DNA from: an uncultured Gemmatimonadales bacterium
GTDB lineage: Bacteria > Gemmatimonadota > Gemmatimonadetes > Gemmatimonadales > GWC2-71-9
Direction of reading: 5' to 3'
Length of the DNA stretch: 64,000 nucleotides
Assembly: GCA_963728915.1 (NCBI GenBank)
Contig: CAVSLV010000001.1
Location: 1,248,001 to 1,312,000 of the forward strand
Of this stretch, positions 9,678 to 19,176 are shown piece by piece. Position 1 is the stretch's first letter, and each line of letters opens with the position of its first letter. The notes beneath the pieces were generated by a model. The model did not search any database and was not told where the DNA came from. It worked only from the letters and a program-made list of their open reading frames with translations. A program made the translations under genes and the position numbers.

Positions 9678-10316
9678 GTGATTCGTGCGGATGCCCGAAG
9701 CCGGATAACCGCCCAGGACGTCGAGCTGCTGGAGTCGTCCTACGGGTTGTCGAACGGTGCGGCGAGCATGGACGCGCTTCTCGATCGCCGGGAGGTCTGT
9801 ACCTTCCTGCTGAGCGCCCGGATGCCGGGGCCCTCCCCCTCGCTCCTTTTCTATGTGCTGGTTCGACACGCCCTGCTCGATACCGGGATCGAGAACCCGA
9901 TGATGGCCGACTACTTCGCCGCGGTCGTGCGGGAGTTCGGGATCCGGGGACGAAGCACCCGGATCGACGACGTCGACGATCACGACCATCACTACCTGGT
10001 CGACATCCTCGCCGATCTCGCCGCCGCCAGCGGCGACCGGCAGTTCAAGGTCTCGGTTCATCTCGGCAATTATGCGCTCTGGCTCTCGGGCATTTTTCCC
10101 GAGCGGATCGCGGCGCGGCAGCTTCGCCGAGGCGGCCCCGACGTCGCCTACTACGAAACGCTGGGCGGCCGCGGCTACGCCGAGGCGTCCGAGCATCAGC
10201 TGGCCGGACGAATCGGGCTGGAAGAGATCCTGCGGGTCGCCGCGGAGCGAGCCCACGAGATCCGGGTGGCCCTGAACCGCGTCAGCGATCAGCTGATCCT
10301 GCGCCGCGCCGCCTGA
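9678..10316 (+). CDS. Hypothetical protein
   Basis: GTG 9678 preceded by AAGGAGG; GC3-biased helical ORF (HLGNYALWLSGIFPERI). Confidence 0.7.
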   Translation: MIRADARSRITAQDVELLESSYGLSNGAASMDALLDRREVCTFLLSARMPGPSPSLLFYVLVRHALLDTGIENPMMADYFAAVVREFGIRGRSTRIDDVDDHDHHYLVDILADLAAASGDRQFKVSVHLGNYALWLSGIFPERIAARQLRRGGPDVAYYETLGGRGYAEASEHQLAGRIGLEEILRVAAERAHEIRVALNRVSDQLILRRAA

Positions 10317-10359
10317 TTCCCCTCCCGAGGCTCCGCCAGGGCGAGTAGCTTTGCGCCCC

Positions 10360-11160
10360 ATGCCGCCCCTCCCCACCATGTCACTCGATGGACGACGAGC
10401 CCTCGTGTGCGGGAGCACCAGGGGCATCGGTCGGGCCTCGGCCATCGCCCTGGCGAGCGCAGGAGCGGAGGTGGTCCTGCTCGGGCGCGACCGCGAGCGC
10501 CTCCAGGAAACCCGCCGCTCCCTGCCCGCGGCAGATACCAGGGCTCACGAGATCCTGGTCGCCGATCTCTCGGACCCGGCTCAGGTGCGCGGCTCGGTCA
10601 CCGCATGGCTCGCGAGCGCCGCGCCGGTGCATGTGCTGGTGAACAACGCGGGCGGTCCCGCGCCAGGCCCCATTCTCGAGGCGACCGAAGACCAGCTCCG
10701 CGCGGCGTTCGCCATGCACGTCCTGAGCAGCCAGGCGCTGGTCCAGACGCTGGTGCCGGGCATGAAGGCAGCGGGTTACGGGAGAATCCTCAACATCGTT
10801 TCGACGTCGGTGCGGGAACCGATTCGAAACCTGGGCGTCTCCAATACCATTCGCGCGGCGATGGCGGGCTGGGCCAAGACCCTGTCGCGCGAAGTGGCCC
10901 CGATGGGGATCACGGTGAACAACATCCTGCCCGGCTCGACCCGCACCGATCGTCTGGCATCGATCATCGCCGCCCGCGCCCAGGCCGCCAGCGCCGACCC
11001 CGCGTCGATCGAGCACGCCATGCTGGCCGACATTCCCGCCGGCCGCTTCGCGGACCCGGCCGAACCCGCGGCGGTGATCGCCTTCCTCGCCTCTCCCGCG
11101 GCCGGATACATCACCGGCGTCAGTCTGCCCGTGGATGGCGGGCGGATCGCCGCGATCTGA
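10360..11160 (+). CDS. SDR family oxidoreductase
   Basis: CGSTRGIG, VNNAGGP; the YxxxK position reads SNTIR (atypical); VDGG. Confidence 0.9.
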   Translation: MPPLPTMSLDGRRALVCGSTRGIGRASAIALASAGAEVVLLGRDRERLQETRRSLPAADTRAHEILVADLSDPAQVRGSVTAWLASAAPVHVLVNNAGGPAPGPILEATEDQLRAAFAMHVLSSQALVQTLVPGMKAAGYGRILNIVSTSVREPIRNLGVSNTIRAAMAGWAKTLSREVAPMGITVNNILPGSTRTDRLASIIAARAQAASADPASIEHAMLADIPAGRFADPAEPAAVIAFLASPAAGYITGVSLPVDGGRIAAI

Positions 11161-11203
11161 TCGCGATCCTCCGCAGGGCCCTTCGGTTCCGATAGATTCC
11201 GCC

Positions 11204-12091
11204 ATGGTCCGGATCGTGTCGTTTCTTCCCGCGGGAACCGAGATCGCCTGGGCGCTGGGGGCGGGATCGGACCTGGTGGGACGGTCGCACGAATGCGACT
11301 ACCCCGAGGAAGCGACCCGGCTCCCGGTGGTCAGCCGCCCGGCCCTCGACCTGGGAGGTTTGAGTGGAGGGGAAATGGATCGCGCCGTGGCGGATCGGCT
11401 GGCCAGTGGCGAGAGTCTCTATCAGGTGGATGAGCTGCTCCTGCGGGAACTGGCGCCCGACGTCATTCTGACCCAGGATCTCTGCCAGGTGTGCGCGCCT
11501 TCGGGCAATGAGCTGAGCCGCGCGGTACGCGATCTCCCCGGCGCCCCGCGGATCGTGTGGTTGTCGCCCCAGTCGCTGGCGGACATCGAACAGAACATCC
11601 TGGCGGTGGGCGACGCGGTCGGCCGCTCCGAATCGGCAGGCCGGCTGATCGCCGCCAACCGGGAGCGGATCGCCCGGGTGGAGGGACGGGTCCGGGACGC
11701 ACCGCCTCGCCGGGTCGCCTTTCTCGAGTGGGTGGATCCTCCCTACGCGGCGGGCCACTGGGTTCCCGAGATGATCCGGCTGGCGGGAGGGCATGATCCG
11801 CTGGGGCGGCCCGGCCAGGATTCCGAGCGGGTTAGGATCGACGCGGTCCTCCGCACCGGCCCCGAAGTGGTGGTGGTGGCGCCCTGCGGCTACCGGCTGG
11901 ACCAGGCCGTCACGACGGCCCGCACCCTGCTCCCGTTCCCCGGGGGGCGGATCCTCGCGGTGGACGCGAATGCCTATTTTGCCCGCCCGGGCCCGCGGAT
12001 GGCCGAGGGAATCGAGCTGCTCGCGCACCTGTTTCACCCGGACCGGGTGGCGTGGAGCGGCCCCGGACGACCCTGGGAGGAGATCACCTGA
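11204..12091 (+). CDS. BtuF/TroA-like binding-fold protein without signal peptide
   Basis: RIVSFLPAGTEI, GRSHECDYP, TQDLCQVC, APCG, RPGPR. Confidence 0.85.
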   Translation: MVRIVSFLPAGTEIAWALGAGSDLVGRSHECDYPEEATRLPVVSRPALDLGGLSGGEMDRAVADRLASGESLYQVDELLLRELAPDVILTQDLCQVCAPSGNELSRAVRDLPGAPRIVWLSPQSLADIEQNILAVGDAVGRSESAGRLIAANRERIARVEGRVRDAPPRRVAFLEWVDPPYAAGHWVPEMIRLAGGHDPLGRPGQDSERVRIDAVLRTGPEVVVVAPCGYRLDQAVTTARTLLPFPGGRILAVDANAYFARPGPRMAEGIELLAHLFHPDRVAWSGPGRPWEEIT

Positions 12092-12510
12092 TGGAACCGC
12101 CGGTCACCAGTGCGCGAGCCCCCCAACCGGTGGGACCGTATCCCCACGCCCGGCGGGTGGGGCAGCTTCTGTTCCTCTCCGGCATCGGACCGAGAGTCCC
12201 GGGCAGAAGCGATGTCCCGGGGGTGACGCTCAGCGGCGAGGGACGGGTCGCGCGATACGACTTCGAATCGCAGTGCCGCCAGGTGTTCGCGAACGTGCGA
12301 GCCATTCTCGAGGACGCCGGCTCTGCCTGGGAGAAGATCGTCGACGTCTCGGCCTACCTCACGGATCTCGGCGCGGACTTCGGGACCTTCAACCGGCTCT
12401 ACGCCGAAGCGTTTCCCGATCCCGGCACCCGACCGACCCGAACCACCGTGGAAGTCAGCCGGCTGCCCACCCCCATCGCGATCGAGCTCAAGGTCATCGC
12501 GACGATCTGA
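12091..12510 (+). CDS. RidA family protein, probable 2-aminomuconate deaminase
   Basis: GPYPHARRVG.LLFLSGIGPR, PTRTTVEV..LPTPIAIELKVIA; kynurenine cluster context. Confidence 0.85.
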   Translation: MEPPVTSARAPQPVGPYPHARRVGQLLFLSGIGPRVPGRSDVPGVTLSGEGRVARYDFESQCRQVFANVRAILEDAGSAWEKIVDVSAYLTDLGADFGTFNRLYAEAFPDPGTRPTRTTVEVSRLPTPIAIELKVIATI

Positions 12511-13119
12511 GCACCGCACGCACCGGGCTTGCGTCGAAACCGGCCAGCCGGAGCGGCAGGGCGATCAGCTCATACTCGCCTTCGGGAACACCACTCAGCG
12601 CGAGCCCCTCGAGAATCGCCATGTCGTGCGCCAGAAACCGGTGATGAGCCGGGAGGTCCTTCGAGGCGAACGGATCCACACTCGGCGCGTCGGTGCCCAC
12701 CAGACGGACGCCCCGCTGGTGGAGATAGTCCACCAGATCCGGACTCAACCCAGCGAAGTGCTCGTGGAACCGCTTGGGGTCCGGCGCGGTTCCGGTCGCG
12801 ATCAGGAGACGGGCCAGCTTGGGGGGCGGGGGAGCATCGCGGGAACCACTACCCCGCCCCGGTCGGGAGCCCTGGTCACCCGCATCACCTCGCAGGGACC
12901 CAGGTAGAAGGCGAGCGATCGCTCCGCGATGTCGGGAGCGCCGACTCCGTAGTGACTCGGGGCGTCGGCGTGGGCCCCCAGGTGAACGGTCGCGCGCAGG
13001 GTCGAGAGAGTCACTGAATCTCCCCGCGACAGATCCTGGAGCACTTCGCGGGTCGGCGGAGTGTCTCCGGGCCAGACGGCAAGGGATCCGGAGATGACGG
13101 GCGTAATGTCGTAGATCAT
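12494..13119 (-). pseudogene. kynB: Kynurenine formamidase (cyclase family), frameshifted near 12821-12832 (may be a sequence error)
   Basis: HLGAHADAP in one frame; GTDAPSVDP, ILEGL, DASPVRA in another; one added C in the C-run restores a 208-aa ORF. Confidence 0.85.
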
Positions 13120-13123
13120 CGCC

Positions 13124-13906
13124 TCACATCCGGTGGCGGATGGCCCAGAGGTCGGGAAAGAGCGGCTTCCAGAGCGATTGCTTCAGGAACTCGACCCCCG
13201 CCGACCCACCGGTGCCTCGCTTGGCCCCGATGGTGCGCTCCACCAGCTTGATGTGGCGATAGCGCCATTCCTGAAAGCCTTCGTCGAAATCGGTCATCAG
13301 CTCGAACAGGATGACCAGGTCGGGTTGCTCGCGGTAGACCCGGAGCAGCTCTTCCTGCAGCGCCTCACTCGGGCGGGTCGGCTCCTCGATGGGCTTGGTC
13401 CGAAGCTCGGTGGGCACCGTCAGACCCCGATGCCCCAGAAAATCGTAGAAATGGTCGACTACGGACCGCTCATGCAGCCGCCCCTCGGCGACAGCCCGCC
13501 TGCCCTCCGTCTCCGGAATGGCTCCGGCTACGCCGGGTCGCTTGTAGCCGAAGACGAACTCCAGCTCGCGGAATTGAAACGATTGAAATCCGGAGGCGGT
13601 GTCCAGCCGGTCGCGAAACGACTGGAACGAGAGCGGAGTCATGGTTTCGAGAATGTCGAGCTGTCCGACTACGGTCTTGAGAATGGTGCGGAGCCGTTTC
13701 CAGGTGGCGATCGCACCGTAGAGGTCGTTGCCGGAGAAATCCCGCATGACCTTCCCGGTCTCGAAGAGCATCAGCTTGAACCAGAGCTCGAAGACCTGAT
13801 GGATCACGATGAAGAGCATTTCGTCGTGCTCGGCGGGCTTCGAGCGGGGTTCCTGGAGCTCGAGCAGCTCAGGCAAATGGAGGTAGCTGGAGTAAGTCAG
13901 CGTCAT
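13124..13906 (-). CDS. kynA: Tryptophan 2,3-dioxygenase
   Basis: YSSYL, HDEMLFIVIHQVFELWFK, ASGFQS.QFRELE, WRYRH, GTGGS. Confidence 0.96.
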   Translation of the reverse strand: MTLTYSSYLHLPELLELQEPRSKPAEHDEMLFIVIHQVFELWFKLMLFETGKVMRDFSGNDLYGAIATWKRLRTILKTVVGQLDILETMTPLSFQSFRDRLDTASGFQSFQFRELEFVFGYKRPGVAGAIPETEGRRAVAEGRLHERSVVDHFYDFLGHRGLTVPTELRTKPIEEPTRPSEALQEELLRVYREQPDLVILFELMTDFDEGFQEWRYRHIKLVERTIGAKRGTGGSAGVEFLKQSLWKPLFPDLWAIRHRM

Positions 13907-13934
13907 GGCAACCGGAAGGAGGGGACGCCTGAAG

Positions 13935-15263
13935 TTAGCTGCCGCGCCGGATCAGCAGGCATCCAAGTGCGATCACGCCGATCAGGAGCGCCCCCAGCAT
14001 CACGCGTAACACGGCCCGTTGCCGCCGTGCCCGGGCCCGAGCCTCGGCATAGGGAATCCGGGTGAAGGAGATCATGGTATACAACGGAATGAACCACCCT
14101 GGCAGGAGCCGATGCAGCAGGACTTCGCCCCGCTTTTCCAGGCGGAACAGCGGGGAGCTGACATGGTCTCGCATCTCGTGGAAATTGGCAATCGCCAGAT
14201 CGGCGATGGCATCGGCATTGGGCGCCCGTTCGGTCTCGTAGGCCGGGAAGGCGCGGGCGGTATCGTCTCCGTACCGATCCAGTGCATTCCGCAGGGCCAC
14301 GCAGTCTTCGAAGGCGGCGTTGGCCCCTTGCCCGAAGAATGGGACAATGGCGTGACAGGCGTCGCCGGCCAGGACCACCTTGCCATCCACCGTCCAAGGC
14401 CGGGTCCGGACCGTGAGGAGCGTTCCAGTCGGATGGCGGGACCAGGCCTCTTCCACGCCGGGCAGGTGAGGCATCGCGTCGGGAAAATGCCGGCCAAAGA
14501 ATCGGGAAACCGCTTCCGGCTCCTCGAGCATGGCGAAGCTGTTCGGGCCTTCCAGCGGGAGATACAGCGTCACCGTGAACGAGCCATCCACGTTGGCCAT
14601 GGCCATCATCATGAAGCCGCCCCGCGGCCAGATGTGCAGGGCCTCGGGCTCGAGGCGCGGGGTTCCATCGGGGGCGGGTGGGATGTACAGCTCCCGATAC
14701 CCATGGGAGAGGTAGCTCTGGGAAAAATCCTGGTGCTCGCGACGCAGGAGCTCGCCCCGGACCGCCGAATACGCGCCATCGGTCCCGATCACAACGCCGG
14801 TGACACGCTCCTCGCTCCCGTCCGAACGCTGGCAAGTCACTTCGCTGCGAGCGGGATCCAACCCGATGCATCGCCGGTCGAAGCGAACGGTCGCGCCCGC
14901 CTGTTCCGCGGCGTTCAGCAGCGCCGCGTTCAACCCGGCGCGGGAAAGGGAGTGGATCGCGCTCCCCCGGATGCCGTAGGGCTGGAACGCGAGCCGGCCG
15001 GCAATGGAGTGAATCATCCGGCCATAGAGCGGCACGGAGAGCCCGAGAATCGTGTCCTTGAGACCCACCTGGTCGAGGGCGTGCAGGCCGCGCTCGGAAA
15101 GGGCGAGGTTGATCGACCGTCCACCGGCGAGGTCGGTGCTCCTGGGGTCGGGCCGGCGTTCGAGGGCCATCACTCGTCGCCCTCCCTGACCCAGGAGCGT
15201 GGCCATGAGTCCACCCGCGAGCCCCGCCCCGACCACAACGAACGATGCATCCGGTCGCCCCAT
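13935..15263 (-). CDS. kmo: Kynurenine 3-monooxygenase
   Basis: GAGLAG, GRSINLALSERG, ALHIWPRG, GDACHAIVPFFGQGAN, FHEMRD; C-terminal TM helix. Confidence 0.93.
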   Translation of the reverse strand: MGRPDASFVVVGAGLAGGLMATLLGQGGRRVMALERRPDPRSTDLAGGRSINLALSERGLHALDQVGLKDTILGLSVPLYGRMIHSIAGRLAFQPYGIRGSAIHSLSRAGLNAALLNAAEQAGATVRFDRRCIGLDPARSEVTCQRSDGSEERVTGVVIGTDGAYSAVRGELLRREHQDFSQSYLSHGYRELYIPPAPDGTPRLEPEALHIWPRGGFMMMAMANVDGSFTVTLYLPLEGPNSFAMLEEPEAVSRFFGRHFPDAMPHLPGVEEAWSRHPTGTLLTVRTRPWTVDGKVVLAGDACHAIVPFFGQGANAAFEDCVALRNALDRYGDDTARAFPAYETERAPNADAIADLAIANFHEMRDHVSSPLFRLEKRGEVLLHRLLPGWFIPLYTMISFTRIPYAEARARARRQRAVLRVMLGALLIGVIALGCLLIRRGS

Positions 15264-15266
15264 CGG

Positions 15267-16511
15267 TCAGAGCGACTCCCGCAGGGCTTGGCCCAGGCGG
15301 TGGACCTCGCCGAACGTGTTGTAGAGAGGAACCGGTGCGATGCGGACGACATCTGGATCACGGAAATCGGTGACGAGCCCCCGCGCGCCGAGCCGTTCAA
15401 CCAGGCGGGGCCCCTGCCCACCGAGCACTCGAATCGATAACTGGCAGCCTCGCCGCTCCGGATCGGAGGACGTGACGATTTCGATGCGTCCATCGGGGAG
15501 CTGAGCGAGCAGGAACTCCAGATAGCCCGTCAACCGGACCGACTTGCGGCGCAACTCGGGCATCCCGGCGCGCCCGAAGATGTCGAGCGAGGCGCAGAGA
15601 GGCGCGAACGACAGAATCGGCGGATTGCTGAGCTGCCAACCATCGGCGGTTTCGACCGCCACGAAATCGGGATGCGTCTGCATCTCGAAGCGGGTGGCGG
15701 GATCGTTCCCCCACCAGCCGGCAAATCGCGGGAGGGTCCGGTCGGACGCATGGCGTTCGTGCAGATAGCAACCACCGACCGCACCTGGCCCGCTGTTCAG
15801 ATACTTGTAGGAGCACCAGACCGCGCAGTCCACGTCCCAGTCGTGAAGCTCGAGCTCGATATTGCCGATCGCGTGGGCCAGGTCGAGCCCGATGAGGGCT
15901 CCCGCGGCGTGGGCCGCGCGGGTCAGGCTTCGCACCTCCGGCACCATCCCGGTGAAGTAGTGGACCGCGCTCACCCAGACCAGCGCGATCTGGTCGCCTT
16001 GCTGGGCCAGGATCGCTTCCATTTCCTCGGGAGCCGCCACGATCACCGCATCCTCCGGAAGCCCGCGCGCGGCAAGGTGGGAACGCACCGCGTACCCGTC
16101 CGACGGAAACGCCGTCTCCTCGAGCAGGATCCGGGTGCGCCGACCCGCCGGGCGAAAGAGCGACACCAGGAGGAGATGCAGGTTGACCGTCAGCGAATTC
16201 ATCGCGACCACTTCGTGGGGGAACGCCCCGGCGAGCCGGGCCAGCGGCTCGCGCACGGTCTCGTGGTAGGAAAGCCACGGGGTTCGCCCCTCCAGATGGC
16301 CTGCCACGCCCATCCTCCCCCAGTCCTCCAGCACCTCTTCCACCCGGGCCGGCGCGCTGAGCGGCATCAGGCCGAGGGAATTCCCCGCGAAATACCCCAG
16401 GGTGCTTCCCGATTCGTCCGCCGGAAGGGCGAACCGGGTCCGGGCCCACGCCAGGGGATCGCGGGCATCCTGTTCCAGCGCCCAGTCTGCCGCGATCGAG
16501 TAGTCGCTCAT
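15267..16511 (-). CDS. kynU: Kynureninase
   Basis: GNSLGL, MNSLTVNLH, AFPSD, DLAHAIGN, WCSYKYLNSGPG; real start is ATG 16511 inside the longer ORF. Confidence 0.95.
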   Translation of the reverse strand: MSDYSIAADWALEQDARDPLAWARTRFALPADESGSTLGYFAGNSLGLMPLSAPARVEEVLEDWGRMGVAGHLEGRTPWLSYHETVREPLARLAGAFPHEVVAMNSLTVNLHLLLVSLFRPAGRRTRILLEETAFPSDGYAVRSHLAARGLPEDAVIVAAPEEMEAILAQQGDQIALVWVSAVHYFTGMVPEVRSLTRAAHAAGALIGLDLAHAIGNIELELHDWDVDCAVWCSYKYLNSGPGAVGGCYLHERHASDRTLPRFAGWWGNDPATRFEMQTHPDFVAVETADGWQLSNPPILSFAPLCASLDIFGRAGMPELRRKSVRLTGYLEFLLAQLPDGRIEIVTSSDPERRGCQLSIRVLGGQGPRLVERLGARGLVTDFRDPDVVRIAPVPLYNTFGEVHRLGQALRESL

Positions 16512-17521
16512 TCGAAGGACCCGGCGGCCCGATTCAGAAACTCGAGCGCCGTTCCATGAAGCAGGCGGGCCCGGACCCTGGCATCGAGATCGGCCAATTC
16601 TCCAATGAGGCGACCCGGGGTGGTTTCCCCCAGCGGAAAGGGGTAGTCCGAGCCCAGCGCCACCCGGTCCGGTCCATGCAACCGGAGCAACATGCGAAGC
16701 AGGTCCGGATCGTGGGTCAGGGAGTCGACGTAGATCCGCCGGAGATAGTCCCCCGGTGGATTCGGATTCGCGACGGCGACGAGATCGGGCCGCGCTTCGA
16801 AGCCCCGCGCGATGCGGCCGAAGGTTCCCGCGAACGAGCCGCCGCCGTGGGCGAACCCGATTCTGAGACGGGGGAGGCGCTCGAGAATGCCCCCGAAGAT
16901 CACCGAGCAGATCGCCAGCGCCGACTCGGTGGGCATCCCCACCAGCCAGGGCATCCAGTAGCGGGGCATTCGCTCGGGCGCCAGCATGTCCCAGGGGTGC
17001 ACGAAGACCGCGGCGCCGAGCCGCTCGGCGGTCTGAAACACGGGAAAGAGGCCGGGATCGTCGAGGTTCCTGCCGCCCACATGGGTCCCGATCTGGACCC
17101 CGGCGAGCCCTAACCCGCCCATGCACCGCTCCAGCTCCCGGCAGGCCAGCTCGGGATCCTGGAGCGGAAGGGTCCCGAGTCCGATGAACCGCCGGGGATG
17201 CGCCGCCACGACGGACGCCAGGTGATCGTTGAGCAAGCGGGCCAGCTCGAGGGCGTGCGCCGGCTGGGCCCAGTAGGAGAACATCACCGGCACGGTCGAG
17301 AGGACCTGCACGGTGACGCCGTCGCGGTCGCACTCGGCGAGCCGAACCTCGGGGGCCCAGCAGTTCGCATCGATTTCGCGGAAGGTGTCGTCGCCGATCA
17401 TCATCCGGGCCCGGCAGGGCGCGTGGTGCTCGAGGCGCACCCACGGGCCGGGCCCGAACTTCGCCGCGAGGTCGGGCCAGGTGTCCGGCAGAATGTGGGT
17501 GTGAAGATCGATGACCAGCAC
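16508..17521 (-). CDS. nbaD: 2-amino-3-carboxymuconate-6-semialdehyde decarboxylase (ACMSD)
   Basis: IDLHTH, QVLSTVP, FVHPWDM, AHGGG, GSDYPFPLGE. Confidence 0.9.
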   Translation of the reverse strand: MLVIDLHTHILPDTWPDLAAKFGPGPWVRLEHHAPCRARMMIGDDTFREIDANCWAPEVRLAECDRDGVTVQVLSTVPVMFSYWAQPAHALELARLLNDHLASVVAAHPRRFIGLGTLPLQDPELACRELERCMGGLGLAGVQIGTHVGGRNLDDPGLFPVFQTAERLGAAVFVHPWDMLAPERMPRYWMPWLVGMPTESALAICSVIFGGILERLPRLRIGFAHGGGSFAGTFGRIARGFEARPDLVAVANPNPPGDYLRRIYVDSLTHDPDLLRMLLRLHGPDRVALGSDYPFPLGETTPGRLIGELADLDARVRARLLHGTALEFLNRAAGSFE

Positions 17522-18054
17522 TACTTCACGGGAGCCGCCGGGGACGGGGCGGGCATGACGTGGCCGCACTTCCGGCAGGTGCGGAGCTTCTCGTCGCCAT
17601 AGAACTGCTCGATGATGGGCTTGAGCTGCTTGCCCAGGTCCACCAGCTGGAAATTCGCGTCATACAGGATCTCGCCGCATTGCTCGCAGAACCAGCGCAG
17701 GTGGTCCTCCTCCGACTCCTCGCGGCGCCGTTCGATCACCAGGCCGATCGTGTTGGCGGGCCGCTGGGGCGAATGGGGAATCCGCGGCGGGAGCAGGAAC
17801 ATCTCCCCTTCTCGAATCGGGATATCCCGCACCTTCCCGTCCTCGATGATCCGCAGGGTGATGTCGCCTTCCACCTGGAAGAAGAATTCCTCGCCCTCCT
17901 CCACGTGGAAGTCCTTCCGCTGATTCGGACCGCCCACCGCCATCACCATGAATTCGGAATTCTGCCAGATCATCTTGTTGCCGACCGGCGGCTTGAGGAG
18001 TGCCCGGTGCTCGTCGATCCAGGCCTTGAGGTTGATGGGGGGCATCATGGGCAC
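17521..18054 (-). CDS. nbaC: 3-hydroxyanthranilate 3,4-dioxygenase
   Basis: LKPPVGNK, GGPNQRKDFH, PHSPQR, CxxC...CxxC second iron site. Confidence 0.96.
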   Translation of the reverse strand: MPMMPPINLKAWIDEHRALLKPPVGNKMIWQNSEFMVMAVGGPNQRKDFHVEEGEEFFFQVEGDITLRIIEDGKVRDIPIREGEMFLLPPRIPHSPQRPANTIGLVIERRREESEEDHLRWFCEQCGEILYDANFQLVDLGKQLKPIIEQFYGDEKLRTCRKCGHVMPAPSPAAPVK

Positions 18055-18075
18055 GGGCTCCTCCGGTGAGAGACG

Positions 18076-19176
18076 TCAGGAAGCTAGCACCCGGCGGTAT
18101 CCCACCGGGTCGGTAGCGCCCTCGGTGTTGAGGACGAGCACCTGGGTGCCGGGGCCGAGCTCCAGAAACCGCCGGGCTCCGAGAAGCTCGGGCGCTTCGA
18201 TCACCGCGAGCAATCCCGCGAGGCCCGCCGCCCCGGATTCCCCGGCCTCGATCGAGAGATCACCAGGTTCCGGGCGGGCCAGCCGTCGCATGGCCGCCTC
18301 CGCGAATCGGTCCTCGATGGCGAGAAAGAGCTCGACCCCGCCCCGGATCGCCGGCCAGGCGGCGAGCGAAACCTCCCCGCAATTGAGGCCTGCCATGATG
18401 GAGTCCTGGCGCCCCGCCGACATGACCGGCTGGCCATCGGGCGAGTCGATCGACGCGAACAGGGCATCGGCCTCGACCGGCTCGACCGAGACCAGGACCG
18501 GCTGGGGTTCCCGAGTGCGGTAGTGGTCGATGGCCGCATGCAGGAGACCTCCCACCCCCGCCTGAATGAAGACCACCTGTGGATGGGGCCACTGATTCCC
18601 GGCTCGCTGCTCTTCGACTTCCGCGAACAGGGTGGCGTACCCTTCGGCAATCCAGTGGGGGACCTCCAGGTATCCCTCATACCCGGTGTCGGCCACGATC
18701 TCCCAGCCGTGCGCGGCGCTTTCCGCGGCGCATTGACGAACCGTGTCGTCGTAGCTCCCCTCCACAAGCTCGACCCGGGCGCCTTCCCGGCGAATACTCT
18801 CGATGCGAGCAGGGGCGGAGTGCGCGGGAATGAAGACTACCGCTCGACAACCCGCTCGCGCGGCCGCCCACGCCAGGGCCCGGCCGTGGTTGCCATCGGT
18901 GGCGGTCGCGACCGTGACCGGAGCGGTCCGGCCCTCGAGCAGCCGGTGCAACGCCCAGGAAGCCCCGAGGCCCTTGAAGGCCTTCAAGCCGAATCGACCC
19001 GATTCGTCCTTGACCTGGACCCCGCCGAGCCCGAGGGCAAGAGCCAGGCCTGGCAGGGTGCGAAGGGGAGTCGGCTCATAACCCGGGAGCGACCGGTGAA
19101 ATCGCCGCACCGCGCTCCGGTCCAGGGGCGGCGCGGCCGACGGCTCGAAGAACGGATTGACCCGGGCCCGATTCAC
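18076..19176 (-). CDS. Diaminopropionate ammonia-lyase family PLP enzyme
   Basis: KDESGRFGLKAFK, ATDGNHGRA, QAGVG, SIMAGLNCG, GESGAAG, TEGATDP; GTG 19176 overlaps the upstream stop (GTGA). Confidence 0.88.
   Translation of the reverse strand: MNRARVNPFFEPSAAPPLDRSAVRRFHRSLPGYEPTPLRTLPGLALALGLGGVQVKDESGRFGLKAFKGLGASWALHRLLEGRTAPVTVATATDGNHGRALAWAAARAGCRAVVFIPAHSAPARIESIRREGARVELVEGSYDDTVRQCAAESAAHGWEIVADTGYEGYLEVPHWIAEGYATLFAEVEEQRAGNQWPHPQVVFIQAGVGGLLHAAIDHYRTREPQPVLVSVEPVEADALFASIDSPDGQPVMSAGRQDSIMAGLNCGEVSLAAWPAIRGGVELFLAIEDRFAEAAMRRLARPEPGDLSIEAGESGAAGLAGLLAVIEAPELLGARRFLELGPGTQVLVLNTEGATDPVGYRRVLAS

Noticed and set aside
15267..17444. 725-aa kynureninase with long N-terminal extension
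   Set aside because: The extension is an off-frame read of ACMSD; true start is ATG 16511 overlapping the ACMSD stop
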